Shown one piece after another: positions 1-10,822 of a stretch of 64,000 bases of DNA. The notes beneath the pieces were generated by a model. The model did not search any database. It saw only the letters and a list, made by a program, of their open reading frames with translations, and had not been told where the DNA came from. The stretch covers positions 6,763 through 70,762 of the forward strand of contig DATEJH010000002.1 of assembly GCA_035278205.1 (NCBI GenBank). Direction: 5' to 3'. A program made the position numbers and the translations under genes. This DNA is from Novosphingobium sp. GTDB lineage: Bacteria; Pseudomonadota; Alphaproteobacteria; Sphingomonadales; Sphingomonadaceae. Position 1 is the stretch's first letter; each line of letters opens with the position of its first letter.

Positions 1-1080
1 AACGCGCATCTCGGTTTCGATGAGCTTGAGCAGGTGCACCACGCCTTGCTCCCCGCCGGCCGCGAGCGCATAGGCCCACGCCCGGCCGAGCAGCACGCCC
101 TTCGCTCCGAGCGCGAGCATTCGCATCACGTCGATGCCTGATCGCACGCCCCCGTCAACGAGCAAGGTAAGATCCGTGCCCACCGCGTCGGCAATCAGCG
201 GCAGCGCTTTGGTGGTTGAGGGCGCTCCATCGAGTTGCCGGCCGCCATGATTTGAGACTACGAGACCGTCCGCGCCCAGTTTCGCTGCTTCGCGCGCGTC
301 CTCAACGTCGAGCACGCCCTTGATGATAAGAGGCCCTGACCACTCGCTGCGGATGATGTCGATGTCTTTCCAGGAGATGCCGGACTCGAGGTTTGCGCCC
401 ACCCACGCGAAGTAGTCCTTGAGCCCGGCCTTGCCGGACAATACCGGTGCAACATTGCCCAGCCCGTGCGGACGGCCTCGAATACCGACGTCCCACGCCC
501 ACGCCGGTCGCCGCATCGCCTGCCAGAGGCGGCTGACTGCTGAAGTCAAATCGCTTGAGCCGATCAGGCCGGCCCGGATGTCGCGATAGCGCGCGGCCCC
601 CATCGGCGTATCCACGGTGAAGATGAGCGCGGAGCAGCCGAGCTCGCGCGCGCGGGCGATCAGGTCGCGCAGCAGCACGCGATCCCGGATCATGTAGAGC
701 TGAAGCCAGAAGGGCCGCGAGGCCCCAGCCGCCACTTCCTCAAGCGAACAGACGCCCATTATCGACAGGCAGAAGGGAATTCCCGCCGCCTCCGCCGCGC
801 GCACGGCCTGAACCTCGCCACGCCGGGCGAGCATGCCGGAGAAACCCACGGGCGCCAGTCCTACGGGCATGGTGACCTTCTGACCGAAAAGCTCGGTCGA
901 AAGCTCGACATTGGAGACGTCCCGCAGCACCCGCTGGCGCAGGGCGACCTGCTCCAGATCCTGGATGTTTCGCCGAAGGGTCAACTCGGCATAAGAGCCG
1001 CCATCGATATAGTCGAACAGGAAGCGCGGCAGCCGCTGACAGGCCAACTCGCGGTAATCGAGCACGGAAGCCGCTTTCAA
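1..1080 (-). CDS. lldD: FMN-dependent alpha-hydroxy acid dehydrogenase (L-lactate dehydrogenase-like), runs off the left edge
   Basis: Manual translation from TTG at 1080 (GAGGGAG RBS upstream): MKAASVLDYRELACQRLPRFLFDYIDGGSYAE...; contains FTVD and SNHGGRQLDG and DGGVRSG motifs. Absent from the ORF track because it is truncated. Confidence 0.85.
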   Translation of the reverse strand, partial: MKAASVLDYRELACQRLPRFLFDYIDGGSYAELTLRRNIQDLEQVALRQRVLRDVSNVELSTELFGQKVTMPVGLAPVGFSGMLARRGEVQAVRAAEAAGIPFCLSIMGVCSLEEVAAGASRPFWLQLYMIRDRVLLRDLIARARELGCSALIFTVDTPMGAARYRDIRAGLIGSSDLTSAVSRLWQAMRRPAWAWDVGIRGRPHGLGNVAPVLSGKAGLKDYFAWVGANLESGISWKDIDIIRSEWSGPLIIKGVLDVEDAREAAKLGADGLVVSNHGGRQLDGAPSTTKALPLIADAVGTDLTLLVDGGVRSGIDVMRMLALGAKGVLLGRAWAYALAAGGEQGVVHLLKLIETEMRV

Positions 1081-1227
1081 GCTGTAATCTCCCTCGTCGC
1101 GTGGCGATTGTCGCACCGGTCACAACGCCGAGATATCAATTCGTCCTTTTCGCAGACGGACATCGAAGCTCCCTCCCTGAATTGCCTTTGAACTCCAGTG
1201 GCTGCTCTGGCGCGGCTGCGCCGCCTT

Positions 1228-1250
1228 AATAATCGATTATTTGTGCACAA
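1228..1250. promoter_or_regulatory. Adjacent perfect palindromes AATAATCGATTATT and TTGTGCACAA upstream of lldD; candidate operator
   Basis: Palindromes at 1228-1241 and 1241-1250; a near-copy TATAATCGATTTTT lies at 4968-4981. Confidence 0.45.
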
Positions 1251-1437
1251 TCGCAGCCGTGATGTCAACAATTCCCCCGACAGGTGGACCTGAATCTTCG
1301 GCTGTGCCGCTAAGAGAATGTCCGGGCGTTCGGGTGTGTTGGCTGCCCAGGCTACGGGAAGGGCGCTGAATGAACCTTCCGCTGACTGGTGCCGGCTCGT
1401 TTAGCCCAAGGCTCGTGGAGAAACCTACGTCCCCACG

Positions 1438-2121
1438 TCAGGATGGTGGGAGCGCCTTTAGTGTTTCGATTCCCGTTCTCTCGATATGTCGCTTGAGCAG
1501 CATGATGGCGTCGTCCTTGCGCCGCTCGACAGCAGCCGTCGCGACTTCTACGTGTTCGGCCATCGGATCGCGGGGGTCATGGGGAGCCGCCAAAAATACG
1601 CGCCTGTATCTGTCGTAGAGATCGTGCAGTGTTTGAACAAATTGGAGTAGCAGCGGCATCTCGCAAGCCGACAACAGTTCTACATGAACGTTGCGATGCG
1701 CCAGTTCCCACATTTCGACCGAGCGCGGGTCATCCGGATCGCACTGAAGAGAGCGCAATTCCTCCAGCCGCTGCGATATCGCTGCTTCCCATTCATGGCC
1801 GCCTAGTTCGATCGCCTCCCCGAGCGCCAGAGTTTCCAGATTGATGCGAAGCTTGATAATTTGCCGCAGGTCGCGTTCCGAAACTGGAGCGACCCGGTAG
1901 CCGCGTTTGTCCTGGAAAGTGAGGAACCCTTCGGAGAAAAGCCGTGACAGAGCCTCGCGTAAAGGGCTCAGGCTCACGCCCAGTTGATCGCGTACCCGGT
2001 CGATGTTGACCTTGCTCCCGGGCGCCATCTCTCCCGCGATGATCGAGGTACGCAAGCGCGCGGCCACTGTGCTGGCCAGAGTGGGGCCGGTTGGTCCCAT
2101 CGTGGACTCGCAGCCATCCAT
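1438..2121 (-). CDS. GntR family (FCD subfamily) transcriptional regulator
   Basis: N-terminal wHTH (LGVSLSPLREALSRL...G) plus FCD-like C-terminus (H..VH..L, EH..., HI); start uncertain (2100/2121/2214). Confidence 0.85.
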   Translation of the reverse strand: MDGCESTMGPTGPTLASTVAARLRTSIIAGEMAPGSKVNIDRVRDQLGVSLSPLREALSRLFSEGFLTFQDKRGYRVAPVSERDLRQIIKLRINLETLALGEAIELGGHEWEAAISQRLEELRSLQCDPDDPRSVEMWELAHRNVHVELLSACEMPLLLQFVQTLHDLYDRYRRVFLAAPHDPRDPMAEHVEVATAAVERRKDDAIMLLKRHIERTGIETLKALPPS

Positions 2122-2432
2122 GTTCAGGATTTTGGCTTGATGTATCAACATGCGTTTCCCTATCATTGACGGGTAGTTCCGGCGATCGGCGATTCCGACT
2201 TTGCCAAGCGGCATTCAACCCGTCAAATTTCCGCGTGAGCGCCCTCGTGATCGAAGGACGACCTGCGGCCAGAATGTCAGAAGGGAAAAGGGGAACAACG
2301 CGATCGGCCTCATCACGTCGCTGCCGTCAATATTTCCGCCGTTCGGGACAGGTCACGGTAATTCCCGATCGTTCGATGCCGACGCACCCCCCAGCCGATG
2401 GGGGGCGCCGGCTTGTATTCAGGTCCGGCAAA

Positions 2433-4649
2433 TTAAAAATGGAACCCCAGCGTTCCGCCATAGGTACGAGGCGGTGCCGCATTTCCAACCGGCCCAACGC
2501 CTTGAACGAGAACCACGTCATAATTGTAGAGAGTGTTGGTGAGGTTCTTGGCCCACAGCGTTACATCGATGTTTCCTTCAGGCGCGGTCCATTTCTCTGA
2601 CACATTTAGTACGTAATAGCTTGGCTCCTTGTAGAAATTTCCCGGATCCTGGTACGCGCCGCTATTATAGAATAGGGCCACGTTCGTACCGAAGGTGCCC
2701 ATCTTCGTCGGCAGTTCGTAATTTGCTACGATGTTGTACGAGACTTTCGGGGCCTTCACCAATCGCCGTCCGGACGCGGAGCCCTCCGTCTGCAGCAGGG
2801 CGCCGTTGGGTGCGAGAGAATAGATGGTCGCGCTCGGATAGTCCTTATATTTTGCGTCCAGGTATTCGAAACCCGCGGAGAGGGTGAGTTCCTTGACCGG
2901 ACGAGCGCTAATATCGACGTCCAGGCCCTTGATGTCAGCCTTGGCCGCGTTGTCCGTTACCACGGCGCCGCCCTCGTAAAGCTGCAGTTGCAAGTCCCTG
3001 AACTTGTATAGGAATGCCGATGCGTTGATACGCAGCTTCCTGTCCAGCCATTCAGATTTAAAGCCGGCCTCGAAGGCATCGATTATTTCGGGCTTCAGGG
3101 GCGGATTTGCCTCGGGAGAGTAGCCGAAGTTGTTGCTGTTGAAAATTCCCGAATGAAAGCCGCGACGATAGGAAGCATAGGCTAGAAGATCTGCCGTGAA
3201 ATTGTGATCAAGTGCTATGTTCCAGGTTGGCCGATAATAATTCTTGGTCTGATTTCCTTGGGTGCCCGGGGCGGGAGTTTGCGTTGGCGTCGTGTCGAAA
3301 AGCGACTGACCTCTTATCTTCTTCTGGTCGATCGTGTAGCGTAGTCCCAGGGTTAGCCGCGTATTCGTGCCGAGATTTGCCGTGCCCTCTCCGTACAGGG
3401 CATAGGAACGGGTCTTGTTGAAATCGACGATTTCTATAGGCACCGCGGGGCCGCCAAACTGGCCCGAGATTATTTGGCCCAGCACGCCACCAAAACGAAA
3501 TGGATCGGTTGCACCATTTTCGTTGTAGAAGAACGCGCCTATCACCCACTTCAGCCTTGAACCGTCCGGCGAGAGAAGTTGGAATTCCTGGCTTTCGGCC
3601 TGGTCTTTCGAGACGATAAAAAGAGGCGCGAAGGGGATGGGCGTGCCGTCATAGTCGACATGGAATTCATTGCGCATCTTGCGCCAGGCCGTGATGCTTA
3701 CAAACTTGGCCCAGCCAAAATCGGAATCGAGCTTCATGCTCACGCCGCCCTGCTTCCCCGTCCAGCCTGGCTGGTTGTCGGAATTGATATTGAAGAAGCC
3801 GGGAATAACGTCGTTGGTGCCGTTGATGATATTAAAGATGGTTCCGTTTTTGACCGCCGGCTTGACTACAGATCCGTCGTCACCATCACTGTGACCGTAA
3901 TCCGCTATGATACGGACAGACGTCTTATCGGAGAGGTTGAAAAGCCATTTGCTGCGTGCCGCAAAGCCTTTGCGTTTGAAAACGTCTTTCCCGTTGAAGA
4001 GATTTTTTCCGAATCCATCCATTTGACTGTAGTAATGAAGCGCTATGTCCGCGGCGACATTATCCGAGAGAGGCGTTGTCGCGTATAGTGATGTAGTCAC
4101 GGTACTGTAGTTTCCGTACCCGATTTCCCCATCGATCTCAGTCTTGAACGATGGGTCCTTGGTCGTGATTTGGATGACCCCGCCAGTGGCATTGCGCCCA
4201 AAAAGCGTGCCTTGCGGCCCCTTGTCGACTTCGATGTTGACGATGCTATTGAATGCCTGGAGATTATTGAGCTGAAACGGCATGTAAACGCCATCGACGA
4301 AAGTCGATACTTCGGATTCCACCCCAGGATTGTTGGTACCGGTGCCGACACCGCGTAAATAATAGTTCAGTGCGCCGCCCGCGGGGGCAAATGTAAAGCC
4401 TGGTACCAGCAGCGGGAGATCCGCCGTGGTCTTAATTCCCATGTTAGTGACGGTGGCCGCGGTGAACGTTGATATGGCGATCGGGACCTGTTGGGCGGAT
4501 TCCTTGCGCTTTTGGGCGGTGACGATAATCTCTTCCAGACCGCCCCTGTTGGCGCCAGCCTGATCCTCGGTTGCGGCCTTCGCCGCGCACGAAACGAATG
4601 CCATTGTTCCCAGCGCTGCTCCGATGAACAAGCGTCGATAATTATTCAT
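2433..4649 (-). CDS. TonB-dependent outer-membrane receptor
   Basis: Signal peptide, EEIIVTAQKR TonB box, KGPQGTLFGRNATGG plug motif, C-terminal PRTYGGTLGFHF. Confidence 0.95.
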   Translation of the reverse strand: MNNYRRLFIGAALGTMAFVSCAAKAATEDQAGANRGGLEEIIVTAQKRKESAQQVPIAISTFTAATVTNMGIKTTADLPLLVPGFTFAPAGGALNYYLRGVGTGTNNPGVESEVSTFVDGVYMPFQLNNLQAFNSIVNIEVDKGPQGTLFGRNATGGVIQITTKDPSFKTEIDGEIGYGNYSTVTTSLYATTPLSDNVAADIALHYYSQMDGFGKNLFNGKDVFKRKGFAARSKWLFNLSDKTSVRIIADYGHSDGDDGSVVKPAVKNGTIFNIINGTNDVIPGFFNINSDNQPGWTGKQGGVSMKLDSDFGWAKFVSITAWRKMRNEFHVDYDGTPIPFAPLFIVSKDQAESQEFQLLSPDGSRLKWVIGAFFYNENGATDPFRFGGVLGQIISGQFGGPAVPIEIVDFNKTRSYALYGEGTANLGTNTRLTLGLRYTIDQKKIRGQSLFDTTPTQTPAPGTQGNQTKNYYRPTWNIALDHNFTADLLAYASYRRGFHSGIFNSNNFGYSPEANPPLKPEIIDAFEAGFKSEWLDRKLRINASAFLYKFRDLQLQLYEGGAVVTDNAAKADIKGLDVDISARPVKELTLSAGFEYLDAKYKDYPSATIYSLAPNGALLQTEGSASGRRLVKAPKVSYNIVANYELPTKMGTFGTNVALFYNSGAYQDPGNFYKEPSYYVLNVSEKWTAPEGNIDVTLWAKNLTNTLYNYDVVLVQGVGPVGNAAPPRTYGGTLGFHF

Positions 4650-5244
4650 AGCATCCCCTCACTATTATTATGGTTAAATCTATGAAAATTTGGTGAATTG
4701 AATGTATGGTATTGTTATACTTCCCATCGGTTAACCATACTTCCGATGGCAGATTTACCGATCATGAAAAAGCGAGTGTGATGGCCACGATTCCCTCGTC
4801 GCGGTAATATAAATCCCCCGACGATCGAGGGGTTATTTTCTGAAAAATTATCTACGAATAGCGATTCGATCTCCTCCGATACATGTTTATTCTTGTAACT
4901 GGCGAAGAATGCTGTGCTTTTTGCCCCTTGGCCAACCTGACAGCCTATGATGGGGTGATCTCGACCTTATAATCGATTTTTTTCGGCATACGCGATCGCC
5001 ATCGGAATGACAAGCGTCTGGACGAGGCTGTCCAGCACCACTCGCAATGCGCCGGTCTTGCCGGGTCGGGCCACACTCCGCCTCGTCGGCGAGAGCAGCT
5101 ATCCTCTTGTGTGAACTGTGCGGCGGACATCCGGCGCCGGCGCAGCATGGGGCGGTCGGGAGGCTGTGACGCTGCTTGCTAGAACGGTTTTCGGCGGCCG
5201 CAGGAAAGCAGGGGAGGGCTACCCTTCAACCCATCAGCGTTCGT

Positions 5245-5970
5245 TCAGACCGTCTGTTGAAAAGCTTCCTCCAATAATGCGCACATCGCCATCCACGAAC
5301 GACGGTCCGCCGCGGCGTCATAGCGCGCAAAGTGAGGTATTCCCGCAGCGTCGCACCGCCAGTCGGTAAACGCATGATAGACACCGCCATAGAGGTGGAG
5401 TTGCCAGTCAACGTCCGCTTCGCGCATTTCCGCTTCGAAGGCGGTCCGCTGGCCCTCTGGCACGTCCGGATCCTCGCTGCCGATACAGGCGAGCACCTTG
5501 CTCCTGATCAGTTTCCCTCCGTTCGGATTTGATGTGGCCAACCGGCTATGGAAACCGACAACTGCGGACAAAGGCGCGCCCCGGCGTGCCATTTCCAACG
5601 AGAGCATACCCCCATAGCAGAAGCCGATTGCCGCGATCCGCTGCGTATCGACTTCGGGGACCTCCCGCAGCCGCGCAAGTGCCGCTTCGGCTCGGCGGAA
5701 GGTGACCTCAGGGTCTTCATCATAGCGTTCGAGCTGCTCCAAAGCGTCTGGAATGGAGAGGGCCTGCCCATTGCCGTGAAGGTCCGCCGCGAACGCGATG
5801 TATCCGCGTTCGGCCAAGCGGGCGGCGCGCTCGCGGGAATGGTCGCCAACTCCCAGGATATCAGGAAAGACGAGCACCGCAGGGGCGGAGCCAATTCCTT
5901 CAGGTCGGTACAACGTGCCGGCCATTGTCACATCCGCATTGTAGGAAAGTGCGTCTATTCGCATATCCAT
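5245..5970 (-). CDS. Dienelactone hydrolase family protein
   Basis: GFCYGG nucleophile motif, G..D, Y.GV.HAF. Confidence 0.9.
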   Translation of the reverse strand: MDMRIDALSYNADVTMAGTLYRPEGIGSAPAVLVFPDILGVGDHSRERAARLAERGYIAFAADLHGNGQALSIPDALEQLERYDEDPEVTFRRAEAALARLREVPEVDTQRIAAIGFCYGGMLSLEMARRGAPLSAVVGFHSRLATSNPNGGKLIRSKVLACIGSEDPDVPEGQRTAFEAEMREADVDWQLHLYGGVYHAFTDWRCDAAGIPHFARYDAAADRRSWMAMCALLEEAFQQTV

Positions 5971-6430
5971 GACATCCCTGTTGCGCTAGGAATTCGCGAG
6001 CGCGCATTGCCACCTGAGTTTAATTTTGAACGACCCCTGCATATTCCCGCGCGGGGTGGCCGAAGTCCCGAGGCTCGTGCGATAGAGCGCGGTGAGTTTG
6101 CAACGTATATGGCCGGCTGTTTCGCCTCCGCACGAAGCCATTGGAAAGAAGAAATCAATACTATAAAGGTCACAATGCCCCAAGGACTTTAGTCGTGACC
6201 CCGAAACGCGTTCAATCGTTTGCCGATGGACCCATCGCCGGCCGCTGGCGAGCAAGCGAGTTTTGGCATAGCCCGCGACCATTGCCGCTGTTCCCAGGCA
6301 CGACACAGATGCCAGATAGCTGCGCATCATGCGGGACGAGCCAATGCTCCAGGCCAGCCAACATCATCAAATGACGGGCGTAAACATCCAAGGTGGATTC
6401 AGATCCGCGCCGTACCTGCCGAAGGATGTG

Positions 6431-8794
6431 TCAGGCCGCGCTTTGCTTTGCCAGGCCGGCTGACGGACGGAACAGCGCAAGCGCATCCTGCGCCGCCATG
6501 GGGCGGCCAAAGAAGTAGCCCTGGATCTTGCGGCAGCCGAGTTGGCGGATGATATCGACTTCCTTCTGGGTTTCCGCGCCCTCTGCGGTGGTGGACATTC
6601 CCAGGCTGTCGGCCATGGCGACAACGGCGCGTATGATGGCGAGGCTCTCGGCATTTCCCGTGGCTGCGCCCTGGACGAACATGCGGTCGACCTTGATCGT
6701 CGAGAAGCGCAGCTTGCGCAGATATCCCAGCGAGGAATAGCCTGTTCCGAAGTCGTCGAGCGCGACACCGCAGCCCAGTGCCATGATCTCCTCGAGCGCG
6801 GCGTTGGCCTTGACCGTATCGCGCAGGAAGATGCTTTCCGTGACCTCAACTTCGAGGCGGTTCGCCTTGAGCCCGCTTTGCCGCAGGGCCGCAACGACGC
6901 TGGGGACGAAGTTCTGGTCGAGCAACTGTTCTCCCGAGACGTTGACGGCGACGCGGATGTGCTCCGGCCAGTTCATCGCTTCCGTGCACGCTTCCTGCAG
7001 CACCCATTCGCCGATGGGAACGATCAGGCGCGTATCCTCAGCCAGTGGAATGAATTTCGCTGGCGAGACGCTGCCATGGTCCTTGCTGTTCCAGCGCAGC
7101 AGGGCCTCGAAGCTGACCACGCCCTCGGTGTCGGCATTGACGACCGGCTGGTAGGCCAATTCGAATTCCTTGCGCTCGAGCGCGTGCCGCAACGAAAGTT
7201 CCAGCTTCCGCCGCTCCTCAGCGTGAGCGTGGAGGGCCGGCTCGAAGGTGTAATGCGCGTTGCCGCCGGTGTCCTTGGAACGGTAGAGCGCCAGGTCGGC
7301 GTTGCGCATCAGGGTTTCGACGGTCGAGCCATCGCGCGGGCCGATCGCGGAGCCGACCGACGCGCCGACATAGAGTGTGTGATTGTCGACTTCGTAAGGC
7401 TGCGACAGGCGCTGGATCACGCGTTCGGCGACCTGCTGAACGCGGTTGAGATCGCTGGCATCACGGACGACGATGGCAAACTCGTCGCCGCCGAGGCGGC
7501 CGCACAGCTCGTTCTCGGTCATCAGCTCCTTGAGCCGCTCCGAAACGCGGGCAAGCAACTGGTCGCCGACAAGGTGGCCGAGCGAATCGTTCACCGCCTT
7601 GAAGCGGTCGAGATCAATCATGAGGAAGGCGCAGCGCGTCCGCCATTTTTCGGCATAGGCCAACCCTTCGCCGAGCGCTTCGGTCAGCATCATGCGGTTG
7701 GGCAGCCCGGTCAGGGTGTCGTAGCGGGCGAGCCAGGCGATCTTGTCCGAATTTTCGCGCGCTTCCGTCACATCCGAACCGACGCCGCGGAACCCGTCGA
7801 AATTCCCGTTCTCGTCGTACTTGGGCGTGCCGGAGAGCTCCCACCAGCGCGGCTGACCGTGGATCGTCACGCGCACCAGCAGGTTGGAGAAATTCTCCCG
7901 GCGCTTCAGACGCTCGGCAAGGTCGTGGAGGCTGCTCGAGAAATGCCCGCTTTCCCAGGCGGAGCCGGCAATGAGCTGAAGAAAAGGCACGCCTTCGATC
8001 GCCTTGGCTTCCATGCCCAGCGCGAAGGCGAAACGAGGCGACACCGAGCGGACCCGGCGCGAGGTGTCGGTCTGCCAGAGCCAGTCCGCCTCACCTTCCT
8101 CGAACTCGCGCAGGAGCATCGAGACGACCTCGTCCTTCTCGACTATTCCGGCCTCGGCGACCTTGCTGAGGATGTGGCGCCGAGCGCTTTCGATGGCTGC
8201 GGCGACCACAATGCCTGCAAAGGTGGCGCTCACCCCCGCCATGTCGAACACGCCCGTGGCTACGAACAACACGACCGCCGAGCCGCCGGTGATGCTTGTG
8301 AACAGCAGTGTTCCGAGCGGCACTGCCGGCAGGAGCACGGCCGAAGCAGTCATGAGCGTGGCGAGCACGATCCAGAGCTTGAGCTGCGTCTGCGGATCGA
8401 CAAAGAACCCGAACACGCCGAGCGGAATGGACCAGGCCAGTCCGTTGAGCGCGGAGTTCAGCATCTGGGCCTTCACCTCGTCGCGTGAAATGCGCCTGCG
8501 GTCGGCATCGACCAGCAGTCGGTCGATCCTGGCCCCCCGCCACAGCGTCAGGCCCGCGACCGCGGCCCAGCCGAGCACGAGCAGGAAGTTCACCTTTACG
8601 AGAAGGAGAACCGACGCAGCCAGGATGGCGGCCGCTTGCGTGGCGACACGCGAAAATATCGAGTGGCCCAGGCAGGAATACTGGATGCCTCGCAGGCGCC
8701 CCCAGTCACCCTCTTCAGGGTCCGTCAGACCCAGCACAGCGGGGATCGGGAGCTCCTTGGGAAGAGCAGTGAAAGTGGAGGATGGCTTGTTCAC
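6431..8794 (-). CDS. Membrane-anchored PAS-GGDEF-EAL diguanylate cyclase/phosphodiesterase
   Basis: N-terminal TM helices, PAS (DWLWQTD), intact GGDEF, EALLRW, DDFGTGYSS. Confidence 0.92.
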   Translation of the reverse strand: MNKPSSTFTALPKELPIPAVLGLTDPEEGDWGRLRGIQYSCLGHSIFSRVATQAAAILAASVLLLVKVNFLLVLGWAAVAGLTLWRGARIDRLLVDADRRRISRDEVKAQMLNSALNGLAWSIPLGVFGFFVDPQTQLKLWIVLATLMTASAVLLPAVPLGTLLFTSITGGSAVVLFVATGVFDMAGVSATFAGIVVAAAIESARRHILSKVAEAGIVEKDEVVSMLLREFEEGEADWLWQTDTSRRVRSVSPRFAFALGMEAKAIEGVPFLQLIAGSAWESGHFSSSLHDLAERLKRRENFSNLLVRVTIHGQPRWWELSGTPKYDENGNFDGFRGVGSDVTEARENSDKIAWLARYDTLTGLPNRMMLTEALGEGLAYAEKWRTRCAFLMIDLDRFKAVNDSLGHLVGDQLLARVSERLKELMTENELCGRLGGDEFAIVVRDASDLNRVQQVAERVIQRLSQPYEVDNHTLYVGASVGSAIGPRDGSTVETLMRNADLALYRSKDTGGNAHYTFEPALHAHAEERRKLELSLRHALERKEFELAYQPVVNADTEGVVSFEALLRWNSKDHGSVSPAKFIPLAEDTRLIVPIGEWVLQEACTEAMNWPEHIRVAVNVSGEQLLDQNFVPSVVAALRQSGLKANRLEVEVTESIFLRDTVKANAALEEIMALGCGVALDDFGTGYSSLGYLRKLRFSTIKVDRMFVQGAATGNAESLAIIRAVVAMADSLGMSTTAEGAETQKEVDIIRQLGCRKIQGYFFGRPMAAQDALALFRPSAGLAKQSAA

Positions 8795-8890
8795 GCCATC
8801 CCCATAACCGCACGAGGGTTATTACGAAGTAAAGCGCAGCCGAAAGACGGCGAAGTGATCGCCAGGCGTTCTCTCGAAACCGCCTGGAGG

Positions 8891-10714
8891 CTATTCCACG
8901 GTCACGCTCTTGGCGAGGTTGCGCGGCTGGTCGACATCGGTGCCTTTCACGCAGGCGACGTGATAGGCCAGGAGCTGGACCGGCACGGCATAGACCAGCG
9001 GTGCGATAAGCGGGTGAACCTTGGGCATCTCGATCGTCGCGATGCAGCCGTCTCCGGCTTCGTCGATGCCCTCCTTGTCGGAGATCAACAGGACCTTGCC
9101 GCCGCGGGCGCGTACTTCCTGCATGTTGCTGACGGTCTTTTCGAACAGCGGCCCGGACGGAGCGAGCACGATCACCGGGACGGCATCATCGATCAGCGCG
9201 ATGGGCCCGTGCTTCATTTCGCCCGAGGCATAGCCCTCCGCATGGATGTAGCTGATTTCCTTGAGTTTGAGTGCCCCTTCCAGGGCGAGCGGGTAGTCCG
9301 GTCCGCGGCCCAGGTAAAGCACGTCGCGTGCCGGCGCGATGAACTGCGCCATCTCGGCGATCTGCTCGTCATAGGCCAGCGCGGCATTGAGGCAGGCCGG
9401 GGTCTCGATCAGGTGCCTGACGACCTCGGTCTCCTCGACCCGGTTCATGCGGCCGCGCTTGACTGCAAGGTGCGCCGCAAGGGCGGCGAGCACCGCAAGC
9501 TGGCAGGTGAACGCCTTGGTCGAGGCGACGCCGATCTCCGGCCCGGCGTGGGTAGGCAGCAGCAGGTCGGCCTCGCGCGCCATGGTGCTGGTCGGGACGT
9601 TGACGACGACCGCGATCTTCTGCCCGGCCGCCTTGCAATGGCGCAGTGCTGCAAGCGTATCGGCCGTCTCGCCCGATTGCGAGATGAACAGAGCCAGGCC
9701 GCCCGGCTCGAGCACCGGCTCGCGGTAGCGGAACTCGCTCGCCACATCGATGTCGACCGGCAGGCGGGCGAAGTGTTCTATCCAGTATTTCGCCACCATA
9801 CCGGCGTAGTAGCTGGTGCCGCAGGCGACGATCGTGATGCGATTGACGCTGGAGACGTCGAAGTCGATCTGGGGCAGGGCAACCGACTGGTCGATCTGGC
9901 GGACATAGCTGCGCAGGGTCTGCGCAACCACGGTCGGCTGCTCGAAGATCTCCTTCTGCATGAAGTGGCGGTAATTGCCCTTCTCGATCGCGACGGCCGA
10001 GGCGCCAGACGTCACGATCTCGCGCTCGACGGGATTGTTGTCGGCGTCGAAAATTCTGGCGCCCTCGCGGGTGATGACGACCCAGTCGCCTTCCTCGAGG
10101 TAGGATATCTTCTGGGTCAGCGGGGCCAGGGCGAGGGCGTCCGACCCGAGATAGGTTTCGCCTTCGCCGTAGCCGACGACCAGCGGAGAACCGAGGCGAG
10201 CGCCGATCAGCATGTCCGGGAAGCGTCGGAAGGCGATGGCGAGCGCGAAGGCGCCGCGAAGCTGGGGAAGTACCGCCTGGACCGCTTCATCCGGGGAAAG
10301 CCCGGCCTCGACCTTCTCGGAAACAAGGTGCGCGACGACTTCGGTGTCCGTCTCGCTCTCGAAGCGGCGGCCGCGCGCCTCGAGCCCTTCGCGCAAGGGC
10401 CGGAAGTTCTCGATGATCCCGTTGTGGACGAGCGCGAGTTCCTCGGTCGCATGCGGGTGGGCATTGGCCGCCGTCGGGGCGCCGTGCGTCGCCCAGCGCG
10501 TATGGGCGATACCGATCAGGCCCGATGCCGGATCGAGGGCGAGTTCCCTGACGAGATTGGCCAGTTTGCCCTCGGCGCGGCGGCGCACGAGCATGCCGTC
10601 GTGAACGGTGCAGATGCCAGCGCTGTCATAGCCGCGATACTCCATGCGCCTGAGCCCGTCGACCAGGCGCTGGGCGACTTCTTCCTTGCCGACAATTCCG
10701 ATGATTCCACACAT
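8891..10714 (-). CDS. glmS: Glutamine-fructose-6-phosphate transaminase
   Basis: MCGIIG N-terminus, HTRWATHG, C-terminal PRNLAKSVTVE. Confidence 0.98.
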   Translation of the reverse strand: MCGIIGIVGKEEVAQRLVDGLRRMEYRGYDSAGICTVHDGMLVRRRAEGKLANLVRELALDPASGLIGIAHTRWATHGAPTAANAHPHATEELALVHNGIIENFRPLREGLEARGRRFESETDTEVVAHLVSEKVEAGLSPDEAVQAVLPQLRGAFALAIAFRRFPDMLIGARLGSPLVVGYGEGETYLGSDALALAPLTQKISYLEEGDWVVITREGARIFDADNNPVEREIVTSGASAVAIEKGNYRHFMQKEIFEQPTVVAQTLRSYVRQIDQSVALPQIDFDVSSVNRITIVACGTSYYAGMVAKYWIEHFARLPVDIDVASEFRYREPVLEPGGLALFISQSGETADTLAALRHCKAAGQKIAVVVNVPTSTMAREADLLLPTHAGPEIGVASTKAFTCQLAVLAALAAHLAVKRGRMNRVEETEVVRHLIETPACLNAALAYDEQIAEMAQFIAPARDVLYLGRGPDYPLALEGALKLKEISYIHAEGYASGEMKHGPIALIDDAVPVIVLAPSGPLFEKTVSNMQEVRARGGKVLLISDKEGIDEAGDGCIATIEMPKVHPLIAPLVYAVPVQLLAYHVACVKGTDVDQPRNLAKSVTVE

Positions 10715-10822
10715 GTGCCGAGATGCTGCCCTGATTTTTGGATGTGCAGCATTTGGAGCGCGCCGCCCATCGGTACAAGCTTGAAAAAACGATGAGACGC
10801 CGAATGCCTGGGGCGTCTGCCT

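Noticed and set aside
5986..6400. Short ORFs between the dienelactone hydrolase and the GGDEF-EAL gene
   Set aside because: No recognisable motifs, RBS or coding-like codon bias; treated as intergenic.
6542..10795. Long plus-strand ORFs (648 aa, 719 aa) and similar ones at 14807, 19233, 42117 and 60699
   Set aside because: Antisense shadows of well-supported genes; expected from GC-rich codon bias and lacking recognisable motifs.
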